Below are positions 51,200 through 64,000 of a DNA stretch of 64,000 nucleotides, piece by piece. The DNA comes from Camelus dromedarius (taxonomy: Eukaryota), in contig NC_087472.1 of NCBI RefSeq assembly GCF_036321535.1, forward strand, positions 95,482,001-95,546,000. Reading direction: 5' to 3'. The notes under the pieces were generated by a model that saw only the letters and a list, made by a program, of their open reading frames with translations, was not told the DNA's origin and searched no databases. The translations under genes and the position numbers were made by a program. Numbering within the stretch: position 1 is the first letter of the stretch; every line of letters starts with the position of its first letter.

Positions 51200-51420
51200 C
51201 CAGCATTATGCAAAGAACTCTATATTCATTATTGCAAATACAACACTGCAAGGTAGCACTGCCGCCATTTAACAAATGGAGAAACTGAGGCTCTATAAGG
51301 TTAAATAATGTTCCCAAGTTCATAAGCCAGCAAGAAACAGAGCTGAAATGTGAACCTCTGTTTGTTTTACTTAGAAGTCTATAAGGTTTCTTCAAAAATA
51401 GTGGATTCCTTTTTCACTAT
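51200..51420 (-). mobile_element. MIR SINE
   Basis: ccatttaacaaatggagaaactgaggctc..aggttaaataatgttcccaagttca. Confidence 0.7.
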
Positions 51421-51569
51421 ATCACATTTCCCCTCACTACACCATTTCACATAAATTAATGGACTGCTTCAAAACATTTTTTAACATTTTGAAATTCCCA
51501 GAGTAATTTACTTCTTGATCAACGAAAATCAGCCCATGAAACTGTACACATATTTCTTTTGTCTGAATG

Positions 51570-51810
51570 ATAGTAATAGCTAGCACTTATTCACTGATAA
51601 TTGTGTGTTTGGCACTGCTCAATTTATATGTATTAACTCATTTAATCCTGTGAGGTAAGTAATATTAACCTCCCTCCTTTATAGTTGAAGAAACCAAGAA
51701 CAAGGAGGTTAAGTCAATTGCCCAAGACCATACTGGCAGAGCCATGATCAGAATACAGGCAGTCTAGCTGCAGAGCCCAAGCTCTAATCATCATGTTTTA
51801 CTGCCTCTCA
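51570..51810 (-). mobile_element. MIR SINE
   Basis: taatagctagcacttatt..ggcactg..aactcatttaatcct..gaggttaagtcaattgcccaag..aggcagtctagctgcagagccc. Confidence 0.75.
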
Positions 51811-53232
51811 ACAATCAGAATAATTGTGTAAATCCTCTACTTAACTTTGCATGTATAAATAACTTAGGGATCTAATCAATTCCTTTGATATCTGAAGCTA
51901 CCAAAAACCATTTATTGAAAAACAAGGAGCAGCGTGTTGCTTGTGGACCATACTCCCTGATTACTCATCACACTTTGATATCTGCCTCTTTTTCTCCATA
52001 AAGATTGAAGAGAGAAAATTCTGCATGTGACTGTAGAAGTCACACTTAACTGAAAAGGGCACATTCCAGGATAAAGTAGAATCTTTCTCCAAGAAAATAA
52101 TTTCTCCTTCCATAACAATAAATAATACTATTTTACTCCATGTGGGTAGCACTCTTTAGAGTCTGGCAGAGATGGAGTACACCAAAATCCGAGTTTATCA
52201 TCGCAAGCCTGCAGTAACGTCTTTTTTTAAAAATTTATATATTATATACTCAACAGTCCCATACATTATAACTTTCTGGTGTGAACAAAAATAATCAAAT
52301 AAAGCATTTAATTTCTAAAAATCAGCCTTGTTTTGTTTTTCTATTGTATGAGTCACTGTCTGGCACATGTAAAGTAAAATGAAGAAAATGAGCTTATAAA
52401 TCACAGTAATCTCCCGGATAATCACTACTCATTTAGTGAAGGGACAATGTGCTCACTACATGAGGCATTCTTATAAAAGACACCAAGCTGCAATTAACGA
52501 TCTATAGATCTCATTTTCTCTGAATTAGTAAGTGCTCTGATTCTAATAAATTCTCGATACCTAAGGACCTTATTCTGATTATTTTTATCTCATGTCTCTT
52601 GCCCACAGAGAAAGGAAAAGGAAAACGATTTCTTCCCCAAACACCAGCTGAGCGCATTCTTTTCTCCCTATTTCTCATGTATCTACCCAGGAAGGTATTC
52701 CAACCAAAACAACGTCAGAACACATTTCATTTTTTAAAAAACATTACAGTGTTCCTCCAAATCTCTTAACCAGAACATATAACCACTTCAAGAATACCAT
52801 GATAAATAATGTTTAAAATATCCTTAGCTAATGGAAAAAAAGCCTAAAGTAACTTCTAAGTTATAGGGGAAACATTAAATTGATTTAGCTTTATTTTGAA
52901 ATATTTATATTATGCTATGAAATATATATTCTGAATTTTCAAATAAAATGATTACCTATAGGCTAAATATTATATATAAATCAGAATTTGATTAGCCCAA
53001 AGATACCATTACCTAGGGAGAACATATAACATAATACTTATTGTCTTATCAATTCTTTTCTTGTAACAAAACAAATATAATTTCACTATTCCTGGCAGGT
53101 ATTAAGGATTAATAAATTCAAAGAGGAAAACTCATACAAGGACTCAGGTTTGAGATACAGAAGAATGAACCTAAAACAAATTTCAGAATTTAAACACTCA
53201 TTAAGTTAAATCCAAAGAAAACTCTAATCCAC

Positions 53233-53657
53233 TGTTATTGAGTTTTGTCTCAGCCAAGGGCCCAGAGATGAGGCACTCAGATTAGAATAATGCAAATAAA
53301 GTTTAAGAGTTAAATTTTAAAAATAAAACGAGTTGAATGTTCATAAAGATTTGGGCAGGATGGAGTTCCCATCCTGAGAGTATTCCTCCTTCTCTGAAGC
53401 AAGGCTGAGAGAATTTTATGGCTGAAATAAGGCATAGATCATCTTAGTTGTGTAAAGTGTTGGCCAATGTCTTTGAATCAAGAACAAAACAAGGACGTTC
53501 TCGGAACAAAAGGACTCTCTCATCTCAAGTAAGCTTTCAGAGTAGAGGTGTCACTTTTGAGAGGTGACCCAAAGACCAGCACTTGATGGAGTCAGTAGGT
53601 ATGTAGATGATGATAATCTGTGCTCAACAACGAGGGTCTCTACTCTGGCCCATGACA
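53233..53657. mobile_element. Putative solo LTR (ERV1-type TSD), family unresolved
   Basis: Begins tgttattgag and ends catgaca, flanked by ccac/gcac (3 of 4 match); 425 bp. Confidence 0.45.
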
Positions 53658-54694
53658 GCACAGAACTAAGGAAACTGGGGAGAGCAGAATCATCACACAG
53701 GAAGGTAACTTAGCCTCAGCCTGATAAAAGTCTGTCAAATCCAAGAAGACAGAAGAGCCACAATCAAATATCTGAGTTGTGCTGAAGGGCAGAAACCCCA
53801 TGCATGCCACATCAAGAGGACAGATAAAAAGATCAGACCTCCAACATCAGGAAGGTTGCTGTGAAAAATCCTTCCTCCACGACCTGACATCAGAATACAT
53901 TCTTTGTGGAACCCTGAAGGCAGTGGATCATTGAAGGCTCTTCTGTTACCATAACATTCTGTTTGCATTAGAAATGCATCAACCAAACAAATGGAGAGAA
54001 CATATTTTCCACGTTTTTGGTGAGAAGTGAACTCACACCATAGTAAAAGAAATGAAAGCTTTTGGGCTATTTCAATCTCAAACAAAAAAGGAGATTTTCC
54101 CCTGTCTTGGCAAGTAAAATATTAGTTAAAACAATTTAATCTAGTCTTGATGATGAGATGTCTTCACTCTGAGTATCAACTTATGTGAGGTGCTATAAAA
54201 CACAAGGCAGTTTTCTATCCTCTTTGGGATCTCTTTTCTCCTCTGATATGAAAAATAAACGGTTGCCTCTGACTGCTGCCATTTTTTCCTGTCTCTATCG
54301 GCCTTCCATTCACCTTCTAATTTAGACTTTTCATTTGCTATCTTCAGAGAAAAACACATAAAGAAACTTGTTAAAAATTGCATATTAAATGCATAAATAT
54401 CTGAATAAGTCTTAGGTATTCATTGTGATATTTCTGCACCTGCTTTCATTATTTATTTCTTTCTTCATTTAAGGATTTTAAAATTTCTCACCACCAGCAC
54501 CATACTCTACAAAGATTTTGATGTAATATATAATAATCCATACAACAAAATAAGACAAAAAAATTGAGAAAGAGAGAATCACAGTAATAGGTGAAATATA
54601 AATTAGAATTAATGGATAAACCCCAAGGAGCAATTCAGGATGCATATATGGCACCCATGGGAGACTACACTACAGTTTATAGCACGAAGAAGCC

Positions 54695-55750
54695 AATTTG
54701 CAAAAGATGAGATTCACAAGGGCTTCATTTCCCGAATATATAAACAGATCCTACAGCTTAATAACAAAAAAACAAACAACCCAATCCACAAATGGGCAGA
54801 AGACCTAAACAATCATTTCTCCAATGAAGACATACAAATGGCCAATAGACATATGAAAAAATGCTCAATATCACAAATTATCAGAGAAATTCAGATCGAA
54901 ACTACAATGAGGTATCACCTCACACCAGTCAGAATGGCCATCATTCAAAAGTCCACAAATGACAAATGCTGGAGAGGCTGTGGAGAAAGGGGAACCCTCC
55001 TACACTGCTGGTGGGAATGCAGTTTGGTGCAACCACTGTGGAAAACAGTATGGAGATTCCTCAAAAGACTAGGAATAGACTTACCATATGACCCAGCCAT
55101 CCCGCTCCTGTGCATATATCCAGAAGGAACCCTACTTCAGGATGACACCTGCACCCCAATGTCCATAGCAGCACTATTTACAATAGCCGAGACATGGAAA
55201 CAGCCTAAATGTCCATCGACAGATGACTGGATAAAGAAGAAGTGGTATATTTATAAAATGGAATACTATTCAGCCATAAAAATTGACAACATAACGCAAT
55301 TTGCAGCAACATGGATGTCCCTGGAGAACGTCATTCTAAGTGAAGTAAGCCAGAAAGAGAAAGAAAAATACTGTATGAAATCGCTCATATGCGGAATCTA
55401 AGAAAAAAAAAAAAAGAACATAAATACAAAACAGAAATAGACTCATAGACATAGAATACAAACTTGTGGTTGCCAAGGGGGAGGGGGGTGGGAAGGGACA
55501 GGCTGGGAGTTCGAAATTTGTAGATACTGACAGGCATATGCAGAATAGATAAACAAGATTATACTGTATAGCACAGGGAAATATATACAAGATCTTGTGG
55601 TAGCTCACAGTGAAAAAGAATGTGACAATGAATATATGTATGTTCATGTATAACTGAAAAATTGTGCTCTACACTGAAAACTGGCACAACATTGTAAAAT
55701 GACTATAACTCAATTAAAAAATGTTAAAAAAATAAATAAATAAAATAAAA
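54695..55750 (+). mobile_element. Young 5'-truncated L1 with an uninterrupted ORF2 C-terminus, 3'UTR and A-rich tail
   Basis: ORF 54640-55401 encodes L1 ORF2 C-terminal motifs ([50 protein letters not shown]) with no stop or frameshift up to the natural stop. Confidence 0.95.
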
Positions 55751-55878
55751 TGGGGATTATAATATATATATATATATTTTTTTTTTAAAAGAATCAAAAG
55801 GAAGACAAAAGAGTTGCCAAGTCAGGTAAATACAAATTACCTTCATATCCTAGTTCCTACTCTATTTAGTAGTCAGTC

Positions 55879-55912
55879 TCCCTCCCTCCCTCCCTCCCTC
55901 TCTCTCTCTCTT
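55879..55912. repeat. (CCCT)n(CT)n pyrimidine tract
   Basis: Seen directly. Confidence 0.9.
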
Positions 55913-55939
55913 TCCTCTTCACTGAATTCACCTTTCTGG

Positions 55940-58090
55940 TTAGAAAAAATTATCAGACAGTGGTGAAACAGAAATTTCTAGAACTCGCATGGAGCTAGGA
56001 ATCATTAGTGTTTCCACCAGCCAAAGTAAACAGAGTTCATTAACTAGAAGGATCATTCAGTGGAGACATTAGAAGGGTTATTTCTTAAAAGTAAGTCTAA
56101 ATCAGCATCTAGAGCTGCCCTTTAAAAAGCTTAAAAAACAAGCTTTGGAATGATAAAACTGATCCAGTGAGCTAACTGTGGAACAAAGCCCAATATTCTG
56201 TAAAGAAATATAACTAAATCCAACACTCAACAATGTAAACTTTACACTGTCCAGCATCCAATAAAAAAATGACTAGATCTGTGAAGAAGCAGGAAAATTT
56301 GACAGATAACAATGAAAAAATATCAGTTAATAGAAAGAGACAAAGTAATGACAGAGATGGTGGAATTAACAATTATATTAAAATCACAATGGAAAATATG
56401 ATCAATATTGTCACATTTTTAAAGAAAAACATGAATAAAATGAGAGAACAGAAAATATAAAGTTAAACAAAATTTTTAGAAATGAAAAACACAATATGTG
56501 AAATATGAAATTCACTGAATTAGATTAACAGCAGGTTAGATATTGCAGAAGAAAAGATTAGTAAACTTGAAGACACAGCAATAAAAATTAACCAAACTGC
56601 CACACAAACAGAAAAAAATCTGGAAAAAATGAACAGAAACTCAATGACCTATGGAACAGTATTTTGTGGTCTAATATGCTAATTTGAGTCACAGAAAGAG
56701 AAGAACTAGAGGAAAGAATAGAAAAGTTATTTGAAGAAATAATGGCTGAAAACTTTCCAAATTATGTAAACTACAAATGCACAGAAGCAAGAATATCAAC
56801 AAATCCCACAGAGGATAAACAAAAAGAAAACCACAGGAAGGTATATCATAATCAAATTGTTAAAAAGGGAGAATAATAAATGCAGCCAGAGGCGAGTGGG
56901 GAAAAGGTGCATTACATATAGAGGAACCAGAATACAAATCAATGCACACCATAAAGCCTAAAGACAATGGAATGACATCTTTAAATCACTGAAAAAAAAT
57001 CAACTTAGAACTTTCAGAGTATCTTTCTCTTTCAAAAATGAAGGTGAAGGTGACTTTTGGTTTCAGTTCCAACATGTAAAAAACTTACATGTCACACCTG
57101 TCCTTGCAACAAGAATAAGCTGGACAAATGGAAAATCAAAACTTTCCTTGGACCCATCTGAGAAATGAGGTCACAGGACAAACCACCACCTTGAAATCTG
57201 GAGCAACAGATGCATTCAAAGAGGCAAAGCCAAGATCCACTTACCTGGAGCAGAAGCCATGAGAGCCATAAACTGGGAGGAACACTTGATGGTAGGGTTG
57301 ACAAATTGCTGAAGACTGAGCATAGGATCGTGTGAGAGTGGCATACTTCTGAGGGCCACATCTTGGGGCACTCCACCCTCTCATGGGCTTTACCTCCAGG
57401 AAACTGACCAGGTTCTCACAGTGAAATCCAAGACAGATACACTCATGGCTCTGGGAAAGGGAAGAGTAATCATTAGGAAACATGCCTTCTCCTTCATGAA
57501 GGCCTACTATCCAGAGGAAAAGACTTTTCCAGAGCTTTATCACAACTGAGGAAGGGCATTTCTTCCACTCCAGCCATTTACATAGCATTCCACTGGAGAA
57601 AAACTTATGATGGTCACAGCCCAGAAACACAGGCCTACAAAATGACGGACATTTAATTATACTAATACAGAACCCAAGTGTTCTTCAGCTGGTGAATGGG
57701 TAAATAAATTGTGGAATATCTATACAGAGGAATACTACTCAGCAATTAAAAGGAATAAACTACTGATATATGCAACAACACAGATCAATCTCAAAAAATT
57801 TATGCTGTGCAAAGGAATCTAGATACTAAGGAGTAGATACTATTTGGTTTCATTTACCTGAAACTCTTTTTTTAAAGGCAAATCTAATCTATGGTGACAG
57901 AAAGCAGTTAAGTGGTTGCTAGCAAGCATAGATAGGGAAATAACTAGAAAAAAAGCACAAGGAAACATTTTGGGGTCATGGAAATGTTTTATATCTTGAT
58001 TGAGGTGGTGGAAATATGGGTGTATATATTTGTGAAAACTCATCAAAAACAAACACTTAAAATAGGTGTATTTTAAAATACACCCAATAT
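55940..58090 (+). mobile_element. Old L1M fragments (ORF1-like, 5' region and L1ME/MB-like 3' end)
   Basis: gattaacagcaggttagatattgcagaagaaaagattagtaaacttgaagac (ORF1-like); ggaatactactcagcaattaaaaggaataaactactgata (ORF2 end/3'UTR). Confidence 0.7.
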
Positions 58091-60809
58091 AAAACTAATA
58101 TTTTTCTAGTCTACATAGTAAGCATATTTCATCCTGCTCCTTCTTGAGCAGAGCTAAAAATGTACCCTTCACCAATGCTCACCTGACTGATGTCCAGACT
58201 TGAAGCCAGGAACCCTATCAACCCACATCCTTCTCTTCTAAAAAGAAAAACAATGGGAATTACATTAATCTCTGTCATCCTTTGCATTTACTAGCCCTTA
58301 AATTATTTTGATTGCATTTACCATAATAAATTAGTATTTACTGAACACCCCGAGCGTGTCTTGCACCTCCTCTTTTTCTCCTGTCATTTGAGTCTATGAA
58401 GTGCTCACCAGAATATTATTTTAAATAATTAAATGAAGAAATTATCACAATTTCTTCACTTTAAAAACTTCATCTTGAATTACATATAAAAAAGCCAAAA
58501 GGCAGCAGAGATATTGTTCTTTGCCATATCTTAAAAATGTATTGTTTTACCTCCAAGTTCAACCTCACAGTTATTCTGAAATAACCTGGCTCTCATCTGC
58601 CAAACCTCCATCACAGAAACTTGCTAAACAATACCTTCCTTCCTATCTCTAACTAAAACCTTGCTCATAAAGCCTTCTTCTTCGCTTTGGAAACTCAACA
58701 TTTTTCCTAAGGTACTCCCTGATTAATCAGAACAGTGATACAAAATGTCCCTTAGCTAAAGAAGCAATTTTCTCTATTTGCCACTCCATTTATTACTGCT
58801 CTACAACATATTTCTCTTTTGCTCATAAATCACAGCAATGAGTTATTGGTCTTCTTAGTGACTAGTTGTTTAGATGAATATATGTCCCTTATGTTGGGCC
58901 AGGAGCATCTGACGATTTTCCACTACTCAGTTTGTACATGATACTTCTTAATGAAGATGGTGATAAACAGAATTAACATAGTCATCCCACATCTTAAAGA
59001 TAACCATATGCTATGTACTTGTGAGTCAATCTTGAGTTGCCATTTAGCTAACAGGGATATTAATTTATATAATGCTTATAATCAGCCTTACTATGGAACT
59101 GTGTACAGTCTCTCTACAGAACACAATATACATCTAGAGCCTAAGAAAAGAAATTAAAGTAACCCTTTATTCAATCTGCCAAGGGACTACGGAACCTTGT
59201 AATTATCTGGCTTTAGATAGAAGAGATACATTGCAATTGGAAACACACAAGGGCACAGGTTTATGCCTCAGATGACAGATGGCAGAGAAAAAGCTCTAGA
59301 GTGCAAGCTTTCCACCAGACCTTTTAAATTTATTTTCCCCAAATGCATCAAATTTTAATGCTGCCTCTCTGACCCAGTATGTTAGCTTTTTTATGAACTT
59401 ATGATTAACTAGTACTATAGTAGCAAGAGCTAAATTTTCTTCCATTTAAAATTAAATTTTACTCATAGAAGTTATAACCCCTAAATACTGGGTGAAAGAG
59501 ACCAAATGAGGAACGAAAGTACTTAAAAAAGACAAATGAGAACAGAAAATGTAGTCCTGCACTATAATTACCAGAGCATCTGGAATTCCATGAGCCAAAT
59601 CTAGTCAGTTCCAACCCTGGGCAATTCAATTTGAAAAGCAGGGTTCAAGAATTAACCATATCAACTACTGCCAAGTAGCTTGGTCCCACAAATTAAGATG
59701 ATCTCTTTTAGACCATGTGGTAATTCACAGCCTTGGATGGATTGGAAGTGCTTACAAGAGTTACCTTGACATCCCTTTTATCCAAAGACAGGAAGATGGA
59801 ACACTACAATTCAGGTTCCTAAATTATGCAGGTAGGATCCAGACTTCCAAATATCTGGCCAGAATGTGAGCTTGGCTTTTGGCTGTCCTGGAATCAAAAA
59901 ACAGGGCAAGGTTAAGTTATCAAACATATGGCAGGGTCCTCTGGCCAAGTAGCTTCACTCATTTTGAATATCCTCCCTACTCCCAATACACCCTCCGGCT
60001 ACTGAAAGAAGAATTTGGGAAAATATTTGTAAAGTTGATGAATATAGACTCATTTAAAAGTTTCCCTATGGATACCAGTTAAAGGGCAACTCAAAGGATG
60101 CAACTTGGCATTAGTAAAAGAGAGCTAAAGTCCCAAAGAAATTCGTCCTCCCCCCAATTTTTGGTTGTTACTTTTCTAGTACATTTCACAGTAACAAATT
60201 CATTTTAGAACCAAGCTCAGGTCACTCATTAACATCAATACCACTAAAACTCACTTCTCAACAGTTTATCTTAAAAAAAATAAGTCTGTGCACATGTTAG
60301 TAAATGTTTTAAATTATTTAAATTCCTCTCAATGACAGAATAACACCATAATAAACCGAAAAGAACTCCATACTTCCAGAATGTCTAACAAACTTTGGTT
60401 TGTGCCTTTAAAATTTTAACTCATTTTCTCTCCTGCTCTACAGGGGACCTAGGTGTATTGAATGCTCCAAAAAGTAGATTATCCCGTATTCTCTTACATT
60501 GTCACATTTTGCTATAATCACTGCATTCTTAGAATTTAAGCACTTGTCCTCAGTACTGTTTAATCTAGAATTTTATCATTTTCAGATAAATTAAAATATA
60601 TATATATATATGAGTATAAATGCTGGTGAGTTTTTGGGGTGTAGAAACCTCAGATATATATCTTTGCATCCCTCACTGAACCTAAGAGAGCACTAAAGAG
60701 TGCTGGTTAATTGATAGTTATCTCCCACATAAGCCTGGAATTTGGCAGAAGTCTCACAAGAATACATCCAAATCCCAGATAAGGCAAGTCAGGATCCAAG
60801 AAACCAAGC

Positions 60810-60960
60810 ATACATTCAATCAACAATTATTGAGTACTGACTACTTATCAGGTATAAAGATGCAAAGAAGAATAAAACGCAGTTTCTGTCCTCAAGATCT
60901 CACGATCTAGAAGAAAAAGTGGGGCTAAGCAGTTAGATACTATAAGGCAGTGGTATAAAA
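60810..60960 (-). mobile_element. L2 3' end fragment
   Basis: cattcaatcaacaattattgagtactgactac..caggt..aataaaacgcagtttctgtcctcaag. Confidence 0.6.
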
Positions 60961-60989
60961 GCAATGCTTTGGAGTTATCATTCTCATCA

Positions 60990-61230
60990 CTATCAGCACC
61001 ATCATCACCATCACCACTACCCCTTACTGAGTCCTTGCTATGTACCAGGCTCTACTCTAAGGACTTTAAATGTGTAACTTTGAATTACATGCTCACAACA
61101 GCCCTATGAGGTGGGTTAATCCATGGAAAGATCAAGTCATGTGCTGAAAGTCACACAACTGGTACATGGTAGAGCCTGGCTTCAGACCACGGCAGTCTGG
61201 CCCTAGGAGTCCAAACTCATAACCACTAGG
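60990..61230 (-). mobile_element. MIR SINE
   Basis: ttactgagtccttgctatgtaccaggctctactctaagg..ctcacaacagccctatgaggtggg..aagtcacacaactggt. Confidence 0.75.
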
Positions 61231-61389
61231 CAATAACGCCTCTCATAACCCCCAGGAGGGTATCATTAATTTTGTCAGTGAATTAGTGTATAAGGTCATT
61301 TGGAAGGGTTTCCAGGAAAGGTGACTATTCTGATTAACCCAAGAAGAAAATATGAGTTGAGTTTGTGGTCATCTTTTTAGATTCAACCT

Positions 61390-62060
61390 AACTTTAATTG
61401 AGTTTTTATTTTGGAATAATTTTAGATAATACAGATAATAACTAGAGTTCTCTTACATCCCTCACCCAATTTAACTCACTACTAACATCTTACATCTCTA
61501 TATTTGTCAAAACCAAGAAACCAATGTTGCACTGGTACATGGCTATTAACTGAATGCTACACTTTAATTTTACCAGTTTTCTATGAATGCTCTCTCTCTG
61601 TTCCAGGACCCAATCCAGGCCACCACACTGCCTTTAGTTGTCATGTCTCCCCAGTTTCTTGTGGTCTGTGATAGTTTGTCAGTCTTTATTTTTTTTATGA
61701 CCTTGACAGTCTTACTGAGTACTGACCTGGTATCCTGTAACGAGTCCCCTCATCTGGATTTTTCTGATGTTTCTCTCATGATTGGACTGGGTTTAGAGGT
61801 TTGGGGGAAGAGCATTGCAGAAGTGAAGTGCACTTCTCAAGTTGCACGATATTAGGAAGGGCCTTGACATCACTGCTGATGTTAGCTTTCCTCACTTGGT
61901 TAAGGTAGTATTAGCCAGGTTTCTGCACTGTAAAGTTACTGTTTTTCCCTTTCTCTAGTCTATTCTTTAAGATTAAGTCACTAAGTCTAGCCCAAACTTG
62001 GGTGGAGTAGGAAATTAAGCTCCACTTCCTGGAGGGGGGAGTATGTGCACATATTATAAC
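61390..62060 (-). mobile_element. Old L1MC4/5-type 3' UTR
   Basis: ttttattttggaataattttagat..ctgttccaggacccaatccagg..catctggatttttctgatgtttctctcatgattggactggg. Confidence 0.75.
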
Positions 62061-64000
62061 CAACTTGTTTTAAGGCCAATGAAAGTAACATCCTTGAAAG
62101 GCTGCAGGGAAAGATGACTGGATTAAGTATCTGGACTGCAAACTCATGACTAAACTTCCATGGGCCTCAGTGAAGTCAGGTCTAAAGCAGGTAACGGACG
62201 TTTGTCTTGGTTATTATCAGACTCAAGTACTATGCTTCTTAATTCATATATCTTGAGATAAAAGCTACAGACCTTCTTCCCATAAAATATACGTTATATA
62301 CACAAAATTCCATCCATTTTTAGGGATTCTCACTCCTGAATCTCCAACAAGAATCCCTGCACTAAACTAGTCATCCTTAAATGTAAAGTCCGATCATACT
62401 AGAGATGACACTATTTCACTGTAAGTTTCCAGGGAAACAAAGCAAAACAGGGATTAATTCAAAACATAAGAAGCCTATTTTATCTCACTGAAGGCCTGAC
62501 AATACAGAGAACCACAGAAAGATGTGGTCATCAGGGGTCTATGTCACATACTGACCCATCTCCTCCAATGTCTGATTTGCAAACCCATGTTGTGGGCAGG
62601 CACTTGGGTGGAGCTGGGCAAGTAGCAAGCATATCTAGACTTAAAGACCCCAGTTTTCTTGGCTTCAGCATTTGAGGAAGTATAGTTGATGCTAAGGCAA
62701 CCGTTGCAGCATTATTTTTTTAAGCACACATTATTTATAATTTTAAAACCCAACCATTAAAAAAAGACCTGTAGGCAGAGATTATTTTCCAAAAGATAAA
62801 GAGATTCATTTTAAATTTTTACTTAGATGACTGTAGTGTTTAATAAAATTGTTCTTTTTCAAATTATTTAAAACAAATTAATGCTTATAATTCTTCAGGC
62901 TCTGCCCACAGATGACATGCATATTAAGACTTTATCTGCTGAAGCGAATGAGTAAATTGCATTTAAATACCAACATTATAGGTCTGTTTGTTCTGAAATC
63001 TTCCTCGCAAAGATTCCTCCGCCCTCTTGCCTCCCTCTTCCAAGCCAAGAAGGTCACTCATTCTTACTGTGGTACAGAATTATCCTTTTGTTTTAGATGT
63101 TACTGTTAGTCATCGCATTAGTCATTTTCAACTTCCTTGAAGCAATATTGAAACCTTCTTTGCCAACTCCATTACCTGCTATGACTAGAGCTGAAATCAC
63201 CGTTCTCCGCTTCTGGGCCTGGCAAACTCTCAGCCCAGTGACTTACAGGATCTATGTGTGAAATGGGGCATGCCCAGAGGAAAGAAAATCGCAGATAGAA
63301 ACAAGTGACACAGTATATTATTGCATCTCTGCTGAGCATAATCCCTCATCAGGAAGAAATTTTCTTTCCTCTGCACAATTTTCTCAGTGGTTAAGCTACT
63401 TTTTGCAAAATTAAATAAGAGTTATAAAAAAAAAAAAAAACCTGAGAGTTTCATAGAGCAGCAAGAGACGGGTATTGTGGCTCATGGCAGCTTTTTTTTT
63501 TTTTTTAAGGGAAAAAAAACTCATCTCTGTACCTCTCCTTCTTCCTATGGCCCCCAAACAATATGATTGTTTCAGGGGATATAATTTTACATTTCAATTT
63601 CTTACCAACACACAGTAGAAAAAATTGCAAAACTGGAGCTTGAAACCAGAAAGTCATGCAGAGCTTTGTGTGTGTTTTGGAGGGAAGGGGGGAGTGAGGA
63701 AAGAAAGGAAGCAGAAACCCATTGTGCTGCTCTGGTCTGCAGCCAAATCACCCCGCTTACTCCTGCTTCTGGTGCCTCAGGGAATTTGTTTTTCAAGCTT
63801 TTTATGGAAAAAAAAAAAAGAAAAATGTATTGGGAAATGGGGAAAAAAAATCTTTATTCAAAATGATATTATTTAGTCCTACTACTGCAATCTACGACAC
63901 ATGAAGATGAAGGCATGTAATTGACATTTTTAAAAAAAATCTGACATGAAAGAGATTTCATATGTAATTGCTGCATCCTCTAAAGAACAAACAACCTCAA

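Overview
Mammalian nuclear DNA, most likely a camelid (camel, alpaca or llama). It carries tRNA-Ala-derived vic-1-like SINEs and young laurasiatherian-type L1 3' ends, and I saw no Alu, Bov-A/tA, PRE or CHR SINEs. The window is AT-rich and dominated by repeats: many 5'-truncated L1s with readable target-site duplications (TSDs), old L1M/L2/MIR, MaLR/ERVL LTRs and hAT/mariner fossils. I recognise no host protein-coding gene. The only ORFs with clear homology are L1 ORF2 C-terminal fragments. A-rich + strand skew and mostly + oriented L1s suggest an intron of a minus-strand transcription unit (inference). The most unusual structure is six MER34/MER39-like ERV1 solo LTRs in about 11 kb (12.3-23.4 kb); five of them show their own 4-bp TSD. 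Two same-orientation CTCF motifs follow the cluster. There are also several minus-strand exon-like segments, including a 24-nt microexon candidate, and a 68-bp inverted copy of a neighbouring MLT1 LTR. I found no convincing new biological system. Repeat family names come from remembered consensus sequences and need RepeatMasker/Dfam confirmation.
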